In this document: in pieces, positions 1 through 13,909 of the stretch | How positions within the stretch are numbered: position 1 is the stretch's first letter | Layout: each line of letters opens with the position of its first letter | Assembly: GCA_012295275.1 (NCBI GenBank) | Contig: CM022671.1 | Coordinates: forward strand, 2,294,001 to 2,358,000 | Length of the DNA stretch: 64,000 nt | Reading direction: 5' to 3' | Source of the DNA: Chrysomallon squamiferum | Lineage: Eukaryota; Animalia; Mollusca | Program-made: the position numbers and the translations under genes | Notes under the pieces: generated by a model | What the model was told of the DNA's origin: nothing | What the model saw: the letters and a program-made list of their open reading frames with translations, nothing else | Database searches by the model: none

Positions 1-44
1 TAAAACAAAATAATTTAAAATTTCTTCATAATTTGCTGTTTCAG

Positions 45-125
45 GAGATTTTTCTGGACAATGCAAAGACTGTTCAGCTTTACTAATATTACTGCTGTTG
101 CTGTAATAAAAATACAGTGAGAGTA
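45..125 (+). pseudogene. Collapsed remnant of the subfamily-2 EGF receptor gene (paralog of 61908-62244)
   Basis: Same acceptor context (tgctgtttcag) as at ~62270-62280 (-). It is followed by TCTGGACAATGCAAAGAC (SGQCKD, also present in the 62244 exon), then intron sequence matching ~30935-30965. Confidence 0.45.
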
Positions 126-739
126 TATTTGTCTATGAACAAACTATATACAGCTTTATACAAAGAAATCTTTACTTTTAGTAAAAAAATAACAGAAGTC
201 AGTCATAAAGTGGTTCGTTTTACCTTTTATTATCTGCACGATTTCTTTGAATATAAGGATGCTATTTAAATGTAGACTGCAAATACGTTTATCTTATTAT
301 TAAGTAAGCTAACGGTATTGACACTCCTGGAAGAGGAAATATATGCTTGTCTGCCTGAGTAACTGTAATCAGACTATCTATCTTCATGTATATCTCTATA
401 ATCAGTCTATCTTTCTATCTCCTATATATATGGTGTCTATCCATCTGTCACCCGTGTGTCTCTCTGTCTTCATGTGTATGTCTGTGTCTGCTTATTATAG
501 TCAGTATATTTATAGGCATGTATGATTATCTATCTATAACCGTTGTATCTGCCTATTTGTCTCTCTACCTCCACTGTCCATTTAGATAATGCTTTGTGGC
601 CATATGTGTATTCTTTTTGCATCACAGAGTCAAAATAAAACTTGACAAAACAACAACGCCAGGAAGAACGTTACAAAAGAGACTCTAACAATTATGTAAT
701 TATATATGTGTGTGGGGGGTTCCCTCCAGAAAGACAGAC

Positions 740-1265
740 ATACCATTTGATAGACACAATTCTTTACTGGGTTATAAAATGTGTCCTGTACACCCCTGAC
801 TGCTTTAGTGCTCCGCTAGAGTTAATCAATTAGCTGTCTGACTTCCTCGCAGTATTGTTTTATTTTGCACAGTACATATTTAAAGTCTTTTCATACAGTG
901 GGGAAGCCTTCACTGCAGATGCATGTGAAAAGCGTGTTTTGGGAAGTACACGGTATTTGGCATTTTTATACTGATCACATAAGAACACAAGCATCTTCCA
1001 AGTGACCTGAATATTGCTCGGTTAATAAACATACTGTTAAAGCGAGTAAGAGAAGAAACAACAGCAATGAAGCAAATATACAATGATGAGATTCCAAAGA
1101 AACCATCATAAACTGTTCCTCGTTTGCCTTCCTTTCCCAGTATGAGCAGTGCACTGTAAGACAGAGATAAGTTCTGCCCTACCACAGACTTGCGATGAAA
1201 TTGTGTTCTCTGCAGATGAGCAAATTGTAGTTCTACAGGCTGCAAAATCCATTTTTATGAAAGGC
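740..1265 (+). mobile_element. Degenerate Mutator-like (MULE) transposase with FLYWCH-type zinc finger
   Basis: Manual + strand translation across stops and frameshifts: HCRCM*KACFGKYTV...EHKHLP (C-x4-C...HxH), then LLKRVREETTAMKQIYNDE...LPSFPSMSSAL*, then PQTCDEIVFSADEQIVVLQAAKSIFMKG. This resembles the invertebrate MULE segment leading into the 'MDGTF' first catalytic Asp. Recognised from memory, no HMM run. Confidence 0.6.
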
Positions 1266-1989
1266 TTAGCCCATTCAGTTACTTTTAAAATTCTTTTAAA
1301 ATTAGCATAAAAATGGACATGTTAAAATCTATTAATAAATCTAATATTATATAATTTTGTTTGTGTATTTAGTTGTATCAGACTGTTCTATTATTTTCTA
1401 CATGTATTATTCAAGGCAGGTCATTAGTAAAGCGCTCAACCGTGACTTGTGTTGTTTAATGCGTCTGCGTTATGGGATGTCTGACTTTTTCGAGGACACC
1501 TGTGTGTGTATGTGTGTGTGTATGTGTGTTTGTGATTACAAGCGAAGAACGAATGTAAAAAACAAAACAAGAACAAGACAATGTATACTGTAGAGGCGTT
1601 AAAAAGAAAACCCAAAACAACAAACAAACACTGTATAGACAGTGACCGAAAGGTGTAATTAACTTGACAAGTCAGTCCTTATTCTGGGAAATATTTCAGT
1701 ATTTAAAAGAAAAGATTTGCTCGTTTAAGCTTTAATATCAGAGATGGAAAACAAAGAAATAATTATGTAATGTTATCTCAGTTAATATTTTTAAGTCCTA
1801 GCTTTTCAAATGTGGCTTTTTGTGTATGTGTATCTGTGTATCTGTGTGCACATTAAATAAAGTAGCAGAGAACTGAAAAGAACAAAATAATAATTAAAAA
1901 GAAAACAGAGGACAACATAATTATATTTACATACTAGTTGTGTATGTTTATTTTAGTTTTAATAAAAAAGTTGTGTTGTAGTCAATAAA

Positions 1990-2031
<42 letters not shown>

Positions 2032-2552
2032 TAAATAACATAAATACGTAAGAAATTCAGAAAAAAAAATTGGTATATATACAAATGAAATTAATGCATT
2101 AAGTTCGAAGAAGATGAAATAGATGATACAACAGTTTAGCTTTTAAGTATTATAATAATGTTAATCTAAATGTTTACCTCCATAAATATGTATATAAATA
2201 AATGTAGACATTGAAAAAAGGTCACTTTACTCTTTTTGTAACTATATTTTCTAACCAGATTCAGGTGCGAGTGTAATGTTTAAATATATCTATAGTTTTG
2301 TGAGTAACGAAGAATAGCGGTGACAACTGAGCGAACAGTTTTTATCTCGTTATGTAGACTGTTAGTTTGTAATACCCCGAATAGTAATCTGATACAAAGA
2401 CAGCCTGTGTACTGAGTAGCTATCTCACCATACAAAGGATTTTTTGCTGGACTACCAGATCAGATTACAGTTCTCACTGAACACTACTTCTTCGTCAATG
2501 TTCTGATTAGTTTAGTTTGTTGCTGAGCTGGGTTACTAGGGAACTAAAGATC

Positions 2553-2996
2553 ATGCTGTATCATCTTTTTATATTATTATTCTGCTTCCTGACAGAAAGT
2601 AATAATAATAATAATAATAACAACAATAACAACAACAACAGCAATAATAATAAATAATAAATCATTAATTAATTAATTAACATATTTTATATTGTATTGT
2701 TTATTATGAAAACAAATAATGTTTGTATTGTGTTTACAGGGTCTGATGTTATTCGACAGTGTCAATACTCTGACAGAACCTGTACTAAATTTACACCTGA
2801 ATTCTACGGACGACACTCTAATAAGACATGTAGTATCTATGAATCCGACAAGAATTGTCATCGTTCTACTGCAAAATGCGTCACAGGTGAATAATAATAA
2901 AAATAATAATAATAAAACAAGAATTCTTTACAATCTCTCTCTCTCTCTCTCTCTAATAAGAAGAAAAGTTCAGCGAGATCTCATCTTTACAATAGT

Positions 2997-3063
<67 letters not shown>

Positions 3064-3787
3064 GTGCATATCTCTCATTATTGTCAACAAATGATAAAAT
3101 TGTTTTGGTAATTATATTAATAACTGTATTGGTGAAGTTAGCGGTGATAATGAATAAGCTATTTTGATCATTGTAGTTGAGCTGGTGACAACTTGAACAT
3201 TAACATAACATACAACAATTAATTTTATTGCATTAAAAGTAAAATAGGTTTATTATTATTGCTCTTGGGTATTTCTTTTTGATTAGCATTATTATTATTA
3301 TTATTTTTTGCTCTCTTTTTCTTAAATTTGTTTTTTTTTTTACCCCCTGAAATAGATGAGAAAACTGACGATTTGGATTGTTCATCTACTTGGTCTTACA
3401 ACTGTTTGTAATGCAAAGGACAATGTAAATCATGTTTACCTGGCTGGTACAGAGACAACTGTACAGACCAATGCAACAACTGTGATGTCGGCGGTTGTAA
3501 TAAAACAACAGGTATATGCCATAAATGCGAAAATGGCTTCTGGGGAAAGAATTGTGCAAAACATTGTAGCAGAAACTGTTCATCAACCATTCCAAACGAA
3601 TCCGTTTGTGATCGTCACACAGGGGAGTGTCTCGATGGCTGTAAGAAAGGACGGTGGGGGAATTTTTGTAATGAAACATGCAGTAAAGTCTGTCTGAACG
3701 GAGAATGTTTCTTTGATGGGAAGTGTTTCTGTAATCATAGTATAGAAGATGCTGTGTGTATCACGAGGTCAGATGATATCAACACGG
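2553..3787 (+). pseudogene. EGF-repeat (MEGF10/SCARF-like) gene 1, subfamily 1, pseudogene
   Basis: Exons 2553-2598 (signal peptide MLYHLFILLFCFLTE), 2740-2886 and 3356-3787, all GT-AG with phase-1 junctions. In-frame TAA at 3409-3411 where the paralog has GAA. Exon 2 has lost several Cys. No TM exon found downstream. Confidence 0.85.
2934..3059. repeat. (CT)n microsatellites
   Basis: Two CT tracts in intron 2 of gene 1. Confidence 0.95.
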
Positions 3788-4960
3788 GTGAGTAACATGT
3801 AATTTAGTCAAAATTATTTCTTTGTTATTTTCTTCTTTCTTTTCTCTGTTTTATATCCTTTTTTTCTTCTAAACAACATTATGGAATAGGATGATAACTA
3901 TAATCAGGCAAATAATGATATACTATGAATCAATGCACTTTGACATTGTTATTATGAATTAATGTCTTAAAAACTGAACTCGGAAATATTTTTATTGATT
4001 TCTTTTTAAAGCTTGAGAGTGTGTGATAAGTCTGTAAGTACTATATTTTACATGCAAACTCATGCAATCATATGCATATATAACATAGAGACAGCGAAAG
4101 AAAGATAGCGATTGTAATTATTTTCTTATGCATTTTCAATAAAACAAATTACATATAATTATTTTGAGTGTTTCTGTTTTCATTTTCACGACTAAACAGT
4201 ATATTAAAAACAGATTTACATCATATATTCAGAGATACACTCTAATGTTACATACTCAAATACAAGTTATCTGCTTATAATTGTTTCTGACGTGTAGGCA
4301 TGCACAGTTGTGGTGTTAGTGTGTGAGAACATTATAGAGGGTCTAAATACAACTGTAGTGTTAACGTGTTAGTATATTATTACAAAGAAGCGTAAATATA
4401 GTAGTAGAGCTAGTATGTTAGAAGACTGTTATAGACAAAACAGATCAAACACAGCACTTCTAGTAGTACTGATGTTTCAGAAGATTGTTTTAGAATGAAG
4501 GATATTCATAGATGAAGTGTTATTGTAGTAGAATGTTATGTTAGAAAAGTTTCAGTAATTTAGTAAGTTATTATAGAAATGCAAGAGCTATCCTTCCCTT
4601 TTTAGTTCATTCTCTCCTCATTATTTCTGTATTTTTTTTTCCTTTTATTTTTTTATTACTGTTAATATTATTATTATTTACTTCTTCCGTTTTTCTTTGT
4701 TTCTTTCATTTAGAACATACGTACACTTCTTATTCACTAACTTGTTAAGTGCGTAGAAAAAACAGAAATTAGAAAAAAGCACTTTCTGTTTCAAAAGAAA
4801 CAGGAAGAATGAAAACTATTGTGTTAAAAATTTACAAACAAGTCTAAGATTGATGAATAATTTTGAAATTTGTTCTAAAGTAGATTGATTTAGCATTGGT
4901 AAATTGCTGTTATTTAAAGTAAATAGAAAATCGCTAGTAATATTATTAACATCTACGTAA

Positions 4961-5235
4961 AAATCATGCTGCTTCTTCTTTTTATGATACTATTCTAGAA
5001 TGTTATGCTAGCTTGGTCTTACAACTGTTTGGAATGCAAAGGACAATGTAAATCATGTTTACCTGGCTGGTACAGAGACAACTTTCCTTTCCTTTCAGAC
5101 ATTCCTTTTGATTCATATATTTATTTGATGACGTTGGCTCGCAACGGAATCCTATTGACAGACGAACTAGTATCAGTGTTTGAAGGTGCCACAAAGCTGA
5201 AAATCAGAACTGGAGAAAACATAACCATATTAATT
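4961..5235 (+). pseudogene. Internally deleted EGF gene copy (collapsed paralog of gene 2)
   Basis: Joined in order: a signal-exon piece (aatcatgctgcttcttc...), an exon-3 piece (WSYNCLECKGQCKSCLPGWYRDN, ~5013-5083) and the terminal-exon region (DIPF...GENITIL) matching 26907-27060. ORF 5005..5445 reads through these junctions. Confidence 0.8.
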
Positions 5236-6192
5236 TTTTTTGGGGGGGGTCTGCATTTTTCAAAAATTATAATAAATAATTATTTATATGTTTGTTTAAT
5301 CTTTTCCTCTAGATTAGTTCTAAATATATTTTGTAAAGTTTTCTTATTGTTGTTTTGGTTTCTAACTCTTTTTTTTAAATACAGTTTTCTTGAATTAGGC
5401 ATACCTAACACTATAACAAATGATAGCTTGGAACTTCGTCAGTAAGGACTATCTAATCATGTTTTTTCTTTCTTATTTTTAAATTAAAACTGATGTAAAT
5501 CTGTTAGGTAAGCAATGTTTAATTATTACCCAACATTTCTTTGTGTCGTAATAGTTTATGAAGCATCTAGCTTTTTAAAATACATCAATTTTTATTATGT
5601 TGTTGGTAGATCGAATTGTAAATTGTCAGGATTTTATTTTTATTTAGTTTTTTGGTAAATTGACAATGTTTATTTATCCCAAGCAGGTTTATCATGTTTA
5701 TTGTTTTAACTTAATATACCAAATTTTTCTCTACAATATATATAATTAGATATTAACCAATATTTATAAATTACAACAATTGAAAGCATGATGTTTTCAT
5801 TTATTATTTATATAATTTGTCATATTTTTTATTTACAAGTTGAGTTGGGTTTTTTGTTTTGTTTTTAGTATATATTATCCACATTGTTAAATTGTGTTGA
5901 TATATCTTTTTTCTAAAATGTACATAAATTCTTTTCTAATGGCAGTAAATATTCTGTACATACGAATGTAATTATATTCACTCTTAAATAATACTGATGC
6001 TTTGCTAGTTCTCAACATAATATTATATACGAAACACGACGTTTTGTTATATCTGTATATTATTTGTTTGTACATTAAATAAATTTTATTATTACATTTT
6101 GATAGAAAGATATTTTTTAGTCATATTATAAATCGCTATGTAATTTTATAAAACAAAAACTAAAAGTAATTTTTATACCATTTGTTGTAATT

Positions 6193-6237
<45 letters not shown>

Positions 6238-7857
6238 TATTCTCAAATACTTCTATTGAAGAAACAAAATAAAAAAACTATTCATTGTATTTAACAAATC
6301 GTCACAATAACGGTCATTTTCTGTGCGGTGGTCGTAATTCCCCGAGAAGAAAAATTTCAAACTAAACAAATGTATTTTTCTTTATACACTCAAAAGAGGT
6401 AAAACTTATGGAGAATGTGAAAGTGTTTGTGTAAGGTTATTTGACAGCTGACATAAAAGTAAAATGCCTTTTATTCCTTTATTTCATTAACGACAATATC
6501 ATTTCAGTCTCGTTTGGTTAACATTTGGATCATGTCTAATAATTCATGTAGATGTATCAATATGACAGTACAAAATCGCTGTCAAATAAAGCATTAAAGT
6601 AATTGATTCAGGCATATTTTATTTCTACTGTCTTAACCTGAGCGAATGACCTACTGTGTTACATGGGCATACTAGGTCGGTGTTAAACCATTTGTAGAAA
6701 TATATTTATAATATACCAAAGCATCAGCAAAGACCATTAGTTATTTATAAAAAAAATTAAATTTAAAGAAAAAGATATAGTTTGTGTGAACCTTTCAGCA
6801 GACGCGTATTTAAGGTAAGGAAAGTATGGACGTGTCCTGGATGACACTTGAATGGGTGTGTCACAGAGCAATTTGTATTAATTTTAACTGGTATTTTTTA
6901 TCTGACTTCATGGTAAAGTTATCTGAAAGAAGGTGTCTAATGTTTAGACAGGAGCGCATGCTCTCCATAGGACTTATTTTCTGTAGATACCTTCTGCCGT
7001 TTAGCAATGCAAAAATGAACCATAAATTTAAATGTAATTCCACTCTCAAAAAGAGATAAAAACAAAATAAAATAAATAAATAAACAAATAAATAACGATA
7101 ACAAGATAGAAAATAAGGAGGAAAGACAGACATAATTGTTTTACATAATGTAACGCACACGCACACGGAAATTTCCAGTATAAAGCCTGTTTTATTTCTT
7201 TAACGTTGTATTTTACAATAAATGTAACCCAAAGAAAAACTTAATAATTTATTACTAGCTATTTCGGAAACATTGAGACAAAATATATCTGTTGTTTCAA
7301 GCAATAAATGTATTTTTGATTATATAAGTATGTATAACAATGAAATAGAAATATGTCTTTAGGTATGAGGTGCTAAAATTAAATCATTTCATCGTTACAT
7401 TAACAGTTTACCTATGAATCTTTCGAACTTTAGCAAGTTCCGTTTAAAACGTCCCGTCGAGAAAGATTAAGGTTAAATATCAACATATAAATTTTCAATT
7501 TCTATGCAACTTTATTATTATTATTATTTTATTATTATTATTTTTGTTTTATCGACATTTGCATAGTGACTATAATTGGAGACATACAATGAGTTATTAT
7601 ATAAAGCAGACGGAATTACTTATTGTTATAAGGACAAATTGTGAAATGTGCGCACTAAAGGAAGATACATATGTTTCTCTTCTGAAGCGGTATTTTAACA
7701 TTCACTAGTAAAACCACTTACGAATAATATAAATTTCGATTACGGTTCAAGGAGACAAATATGATGTGTTGTCACGGCATAATAATTAAATAAAAATATG
7801 ACAAAATTAAAGAGTGTAATTATGTTTTCCTGACAGAGGTAGAATAGAGGTATGGAG

Positions 7858-7888
<31 letters not shown>

Positions 7889-8471
7889 AAAACAACAACA
7901 AAAAAAAACATATTCATACGATAAATCATCTCGACTAGTAAAACTAATTCCAGTATTTTCCTGTCAACATCAGAACATCATGAGAATATACGTCTTCAAG
8001 TCAACGCCAACAATTAAAGTCAGACAATATTTTCAGCATTATTTTCTGAATGCCTATTATTCTAGCTAGATGTAAGATCACACTTGATATTAATGAAACT
8101 GGGTCAAAGCAACCCAGAAATGAACTCTCAAGTCCACAGTCAATGTCACTGTTGATTAGTTTTAATTGTCAAAACATTCTTTCATTCACAAGCAAACCAG
8201 AGGCAATGCCAAAGGTCTGCTGTGTATACATTAGTTACTGTTTCTCAAACTGCTTCATTTGCATGTTTTGTTCATGCATTTCATATTTTCAATTTAAATG
8301 AAACTATTGCCTTTTATTTAGCTGAGCAGCAGTCTGTGTTAACTCATTTCTGTGCAAAAAACAAAACAAACAAACAAACAAAAAACACCCAGAAAGATGA
8401 GATTACCAAACTGTAAATAATCAAATAACTGATTTATTCTCAGTGACATTCTCATTGATTTCACATTCAGA

Positions 8472-9646
8472 TTAAAGGTGTAACTTTATTAATTCATCAC
8501 TGACAGTTGATGGAGTCATTACTGATAGTATGCTTGATACTGGAAAACAGCAATAACATAAACAAAAAATATTTATAGAAATATTTTGTTATTTTTGTCA
8601 AATAACTGTGTACAGTCCTAGTAATTTAACAAAAATAAGAATTATATATATATATTTTTTTATTAAATTGTAGCAAGTAAATAACATTGGTGAAAATGAT
8701 GCCATTATTGTAAAGCAAATAATTTGAAATATAAGAAGTATTTAGTATTTCACTAATATAATATGAGAATTCTAGCAAAATAAAAATAAATAAAATACTG
8801 AAATGTAGATAAATCAGACAGAGAAATAGACAGATAGATACAGAAATATTTAATTAAAATGAACAAAAGGGGGGAAAATGGGGTAATTATAAAAAATTAA
8901 ACCAAATTAACAAATATCTTTAAAAAAGAAAAAGGGAAATAAATTATTTTAAAATGTGATAAAAATATGAATCTATTTCAAATTACCTTAAACTGATTTG
9001 GAATATCCTGCTTGTTCAGAGGATAGAGTCGAACAAACTTAAAACTTTCAGCAACTACGTACACTGGTTTATTCATAGCTTTAACTGATATGGCCATTGT
9101 GTATGTTCAAATCTGTACAGAAACAATAACAGAAGCATTAAAGTGTACCTCACACGATTTGTCACACTTCTACATGAAAATGTATTTGTTTGTTGCACAA
9201 GTCTGTATTAATAATAAATTATTATGGTAAAATAATAACCTTCCACACAGGAACTGACATTTTCCTCTTCCCCTGCTAATAACACAGTTATTGGGTGAAA
9301 AGAAAAAAAAACTCCCCTGGCTATTTTGCAAGAATTTACTCAGATTTGTAACATATTTCTATTTATGTAAATCTCAGTACTGTTACATCTTCATAAACCT
9401 GTTAGTTTATTAATCATCTTTATTACTATTATTATTATTATTATCAATACTTATGTTGGACACAAAATAAATGTTAACTAGATACTTTATTTATAATTCC
9501 TCCACTTTCTACTACTCCTTCTTTTTCCATTACATACCTAAATAAGGATAATAAAATTATTTGAAGCAAGATTATACAAGATTTTATTTCAAGTAATTGA
9601 TACAAGAATGCAAAATTAATATATTCAGAAAAAAATAATAAACTAA

Positions 9647-9708
<62 letters not shown>

Positions 9709-12411
9709 ACTTTAAAACCCTGAATTGATTAAACAGATTACCACTGTGATTTTGAAAAATTAATAGAGAGGGTGGACAACATAAAAATGTGGATATTTGT
9801 AAAGTAAGGAAATAAGGATTATTGGAAAGAAATCAGTATTTTAATTTTTAAAACCAACTTACCCTTCAGCAGAATCCAAAACAACAGTTGAATGTCTGAC
9901 ACCTGAAGAACTATAAATATACCTGCTATTTTCATTTAAACTGAACAATAATTGCCAATTGTTTGGCTGTTGTTTTTCCTGTTCTTTTAGGGTTGATTTC
10001 TTTTAATAGTAAATAAATATAGAGAAACAGAAATAAAGAATGAAACCACCCATACACATACAGAAACAAAGAATGAATGACATAGATATAACAACAATAT
10101 ATTTCAGATCCAAACGCAAATATATTTCTGAATATATTTTTATTTATAATGTGAATAAATTAATCCTTTTAAAATTTATTTTATGTCATGTTTTTTGTTC
10201 TTGTTTTTTAACTTTTCTTTGGACATAATGACATCATACATTTTCAGAACCTTGCTCTATTTTATTAATAACAAAAACTGTAACAGTATTAAATAAAACA
10301 ATAATTTGTATATATATATGAAATACATTTAGAATATTATCCAGTGTTTTCTTTAAGCCTAGGTTTCATTAACTATTTTAGTTATAATTAATTTACTTTT
10401 CTTTTTAAAATAGAAAGACATAATGTGAATCTTTTTGAGAATGTGCTGTGAAACAGGTTTTGTACAGTTTTGATAAATATTCTTGAGAATATGTTTTAAA
10501 AAATACTATATGGACACTATATTATCGGTTGTAACTGATTGTCTCTGTATGCAATTAAAAGGAATTTTGGATATTAGAACTTTTAAATTCAAGCCTGAAT
10601 TACATTTATATTAATATTTAAGGCCTGAATATATTTTATGATTACAAGCAAGGGGGAGATAACTTACTGCTCCATCTGAAATAAATGGATAAGCTAATCA
10701 GGCAATCTTTTGACGGGAAATTGCAACTTTTTGAAGAAATAAATTCCCCCACTGTCCCAGAATGTTTTGACATTCTTGAAAATCCTATAAAACAGAAATC
10801 ACTGTAATTAAATAAAGAGATCTCTAAAATAACTACAAACTATTATGTGTGTGTGTGATTATGATATACTTTATCTAACAATGAATATTAGACAACTGTA
10901 ACAAATGTTAAATGGCACAATAAATAAATGTATGTTACAGATAATTTACAGTAAAAAACAAGAAAATTAATAAATCAGTTTTATTTTGTCTTCTTTCAAC
11001 ATGACAGAGATAAAATAGAGAAACATTAAAATATTAATGGCTACTGGGTGACAAACCTAACACAGATTGCAAATCTCTCATCCAAAATCTAAATGTTATC
11101 TGATCCTCTGAGACAGTGATTCATTACAATTTATATTATATTATTTTAGCCTCTGAAATTAAAGTTTCAGACTTGCTCCTTAATGTGTAGATCTTATTGG
11201 AAGGCTTGTTTGATAGAATCAATACCTACTGAATGCTAAGATTTGCCAGTGTGATAAATCTTAAGAAGAGTTCACATCCAGATGAAATTGATGTGACACT
11301 GCTTTCTGTTTGACTCAGGGTATTTATAGCATCCTTCAGTCGAGCTCTCATCTCAGCTAATGTCTCAACTGTATAATAAAAATTATAATAATAATAATAA
11401 TAGTAGTTGTTACTGCTTTTTCAAAATCTGGTACAAACTCATATTAATAATATTTAATGAATTTACTTATTAAAATAGCCAACTCAATGTTTTGCACACA
11501 AGTGCACCTTTCTATATTGAAAACAATTACCTTTATTTGCTTCAATAAATCTGAGAAGAGTTTTAAATGGCAGCAACAGCAGCAGACATGTCTGGGTCAT
11601 CTTTGATTAACTTGTCAATGAAAAAAAAATTCCAAAAGAAATAGACTAATGTAACAACTGTGCCAATAATCTACTCTAATTCGTTATCTAATGTAACCAT
11701 AATATTAGCACATAATTATATTCTGTACATACAGTGTTTTAATGATGCTATGTGCCATTAAAGAAATTAATAGAGAAACAAAATGCATTGGAGAATTAGA
11801 GCAAAACAGACCTTAGCCTCCAACAAAATATGGTGAAAATTTTAAAACTGACAAAAATCATATTATTGATGGATAATCTTGTACAAATACTGCTAATAAA
11901 ACTGTTTATACGATTTAATTGCATTAAACAGAAAAGAGGACCACAGCATGATATTCTGTATTATAATACTTGCGGTCAAACTGTATATACAGCATCGCAT
12001 ACAGCAACATTACAGCATACTCCTCAAAGAACAGAATGAACAGGAAGTAAAGAACAGATGAACAGTGAATATGAACGTTATGTTAGGTTTGTTTTGTGTG
12101 AAAACATTGAGCATATTTTATAAAAGCATTTCTGTGATTTTATAATTGTACAACTTACAGGACATCGTAAATGACTAATAAATATTAATATATTATATTA
12201 TTTATAATAATAATTGATCTAACTAACTTATCAGTATCAGAGTTACAATAAACAACAGCCCTACGATTCTTAATTATTTTTTGTTTCACTTCTGAAAGTT
12301 TTCACTCTGTATAATTTATTTTATATATATATATGATTTTTTTCTTGCTGTAATATCGATACAAAATATAAAAATATTGTTTAAAATGCATGTTATACCT
12401 TCCCTATTCAT
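8472..12411 (-). pseudogene. EIF2B1: eIF2B alpha subunit pseudogene, copy A
   Basis: Reverse-complement copy of 19005-23596. Lesions: +1 in exon 2 (~11555), -1 at the end of exon 3, TGA at 10698-10700 and 9107-9109, exon 5 deleted, exons 6, 7 and 9 internally deleted. Confidence 0.92.
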
Positions 12412-12456
12412 GTTCAACGGTGTTTAGTTTTTTATCCGAACTAAACAATCTTACAG

Positions 12457-13455
12457 ATGGTGGTTTCGTCAGGAAGCAGGGAGAGAGTTATGTCCCCTAT
12501 TTAGTCACTGTTACGCTGTCCATGTAGATTAACAAATGACAAGATGCCAGTTGATAGCGTTTTGTTCCGTTTCTCTGGCAGAAGTGATTTTGCAGTAAAT
12601 AAACTAGGCACAAAAAAGAAGTTTTGGTTACATTTCATTAAGCAGATATAACTGTTAATTATGGGCGGTATGCTTCAATATATATTTTTTGTTTCTTTAT
12701 TTAAGTTTAACAGAAACAGCTTTTTAAAATTACATTCTACATTTTTTTTTTATAATAGAATAATAAAATATAAAAATAAATAAGTATTCACTGTATTGTT
12801 TTTAAAATATACTTTTATCTGTAAATTATTTATTGGACATTCTATTCAGGTCCACTTTCTTAAAAGTAATTATTCAATTTATTGTTATATTTATTTATTT
12901 ATCTTTTGTTTTTAAAAATGACATGTATAATAATAATTCAGCAGCACAGCTGATTAATAAAAAATCAAATGTGGTTTTGTTTAATAGTGGTATTATTAAA
13001 TATCAAATTGTTGTTGTTTTTTTCTATTAAATACTTGTATGTGCTAAATATTATATTATAGATAAAAATATCAGCAGTCTTCTATATGGAAACTGGAAAG
13101 GTATAAAATAAAATTATATATTTCCATATATAAAGTAAGAAATATATTTATAACGTAACAAAGAAGGTGAAAGGTAACTGTCACTGATATTTTAATTTTT
13201 GTTTCAGTAAAAGTAGGCATGTATATCCTCCAAAAACACAAAACAACAACACTGTAATCATACACATTGTATTATAATTAATAGTATAAAATTAATATGT
13301 GGACCTACTAATATATGTAATATAGTAGCTTTTGTATTGTTTTTGCAGATTAGTCTTTCAAAGTGCATGGATGCTGTCATGGTATTTGCAAATTCTCACC
13401 TTATGCTCAGTCGTGAAAATAAGCTTGCTGTGATACGAGCACAGACAAATCAGAG
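12457..13455 (+). pseudogene. GTF2H3: TFIIH p34 subunit pseudogene, copy A (5' part, cut by the gap)
   Basis: Exon 2 remnant 13062-13100 carries a ~47-nt deletion relative to copy B. Exon 3 13349-13455 reads [29 protein letters not shown]. The ATG at 12457 is tentative. Confidence 0.85.
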
Positions 13456-13677
13456 GTGAGTTTATACTAACAAACAACTAAATAATTTAATATGTGATTA
13501 AAGGAACAGATAATTTATTATTGTATAAATATGACTTAGGAACAATGCACTGCTATTTATTATTTTCAGTAGTATTAACCATTAAAGGTTGGTTATTTCT
13601 AAATACACTTAGAAAATAAGTATACAAATATGTTAGTTTATATATATCTTCTTTTTAAACTTTTTTATATCATATAT

Positions 13678-13877
13678 NNNNNNNNNNNNNNNNNNNNNNN
13701 NNNNNNNNNNNNNNNNNNNNNNNNNNNNNNNNNNNNNNNNNNNNNNNNNNNNNNNNNNNNNNNNNNNNNNNNNNNNNNNNNNNNNNNNNNNNNNNNNNNN
13801 NNNNNNNNNNNNNNNNNNNNNNNNNNNNNNNNNNNNNNNNNNNNNNNNNNNNNNNNNNNNNNNNNNNNNNNNNNNNN
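13678..13877. other. Assembly gap (200 N)
   Basis: Run of exactly 200 N, a fixed-size scaffolding placeholder. Confidence 0.99.
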
Positions 13878-13909
13878 ATTATTTATTCTGAGATTTGTTT
13901 TGAACATCT

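Noticed and set aside
910-1245. 111-aa minus-strand ORF
   Set aside because: It is the antisense shadow of the + strand MULE remnant and has no recognisable motif.
3356-3697. 113-aa ORF MRKLTIW..., conserved at 27728-28069
   Set aside because: Alternate frame of the Cys-rich EGF exon. Its ATG is just the exon start (ag|AT G), and conservation follows from recent duplication.
5005-5445. 146-aa ORF resembling a novel EGF-TM chimera
   Set aside because: It reads through deletion junctions into T-rich non-coding sequence; there is no signal exon in frame and the promoter block is deleted.
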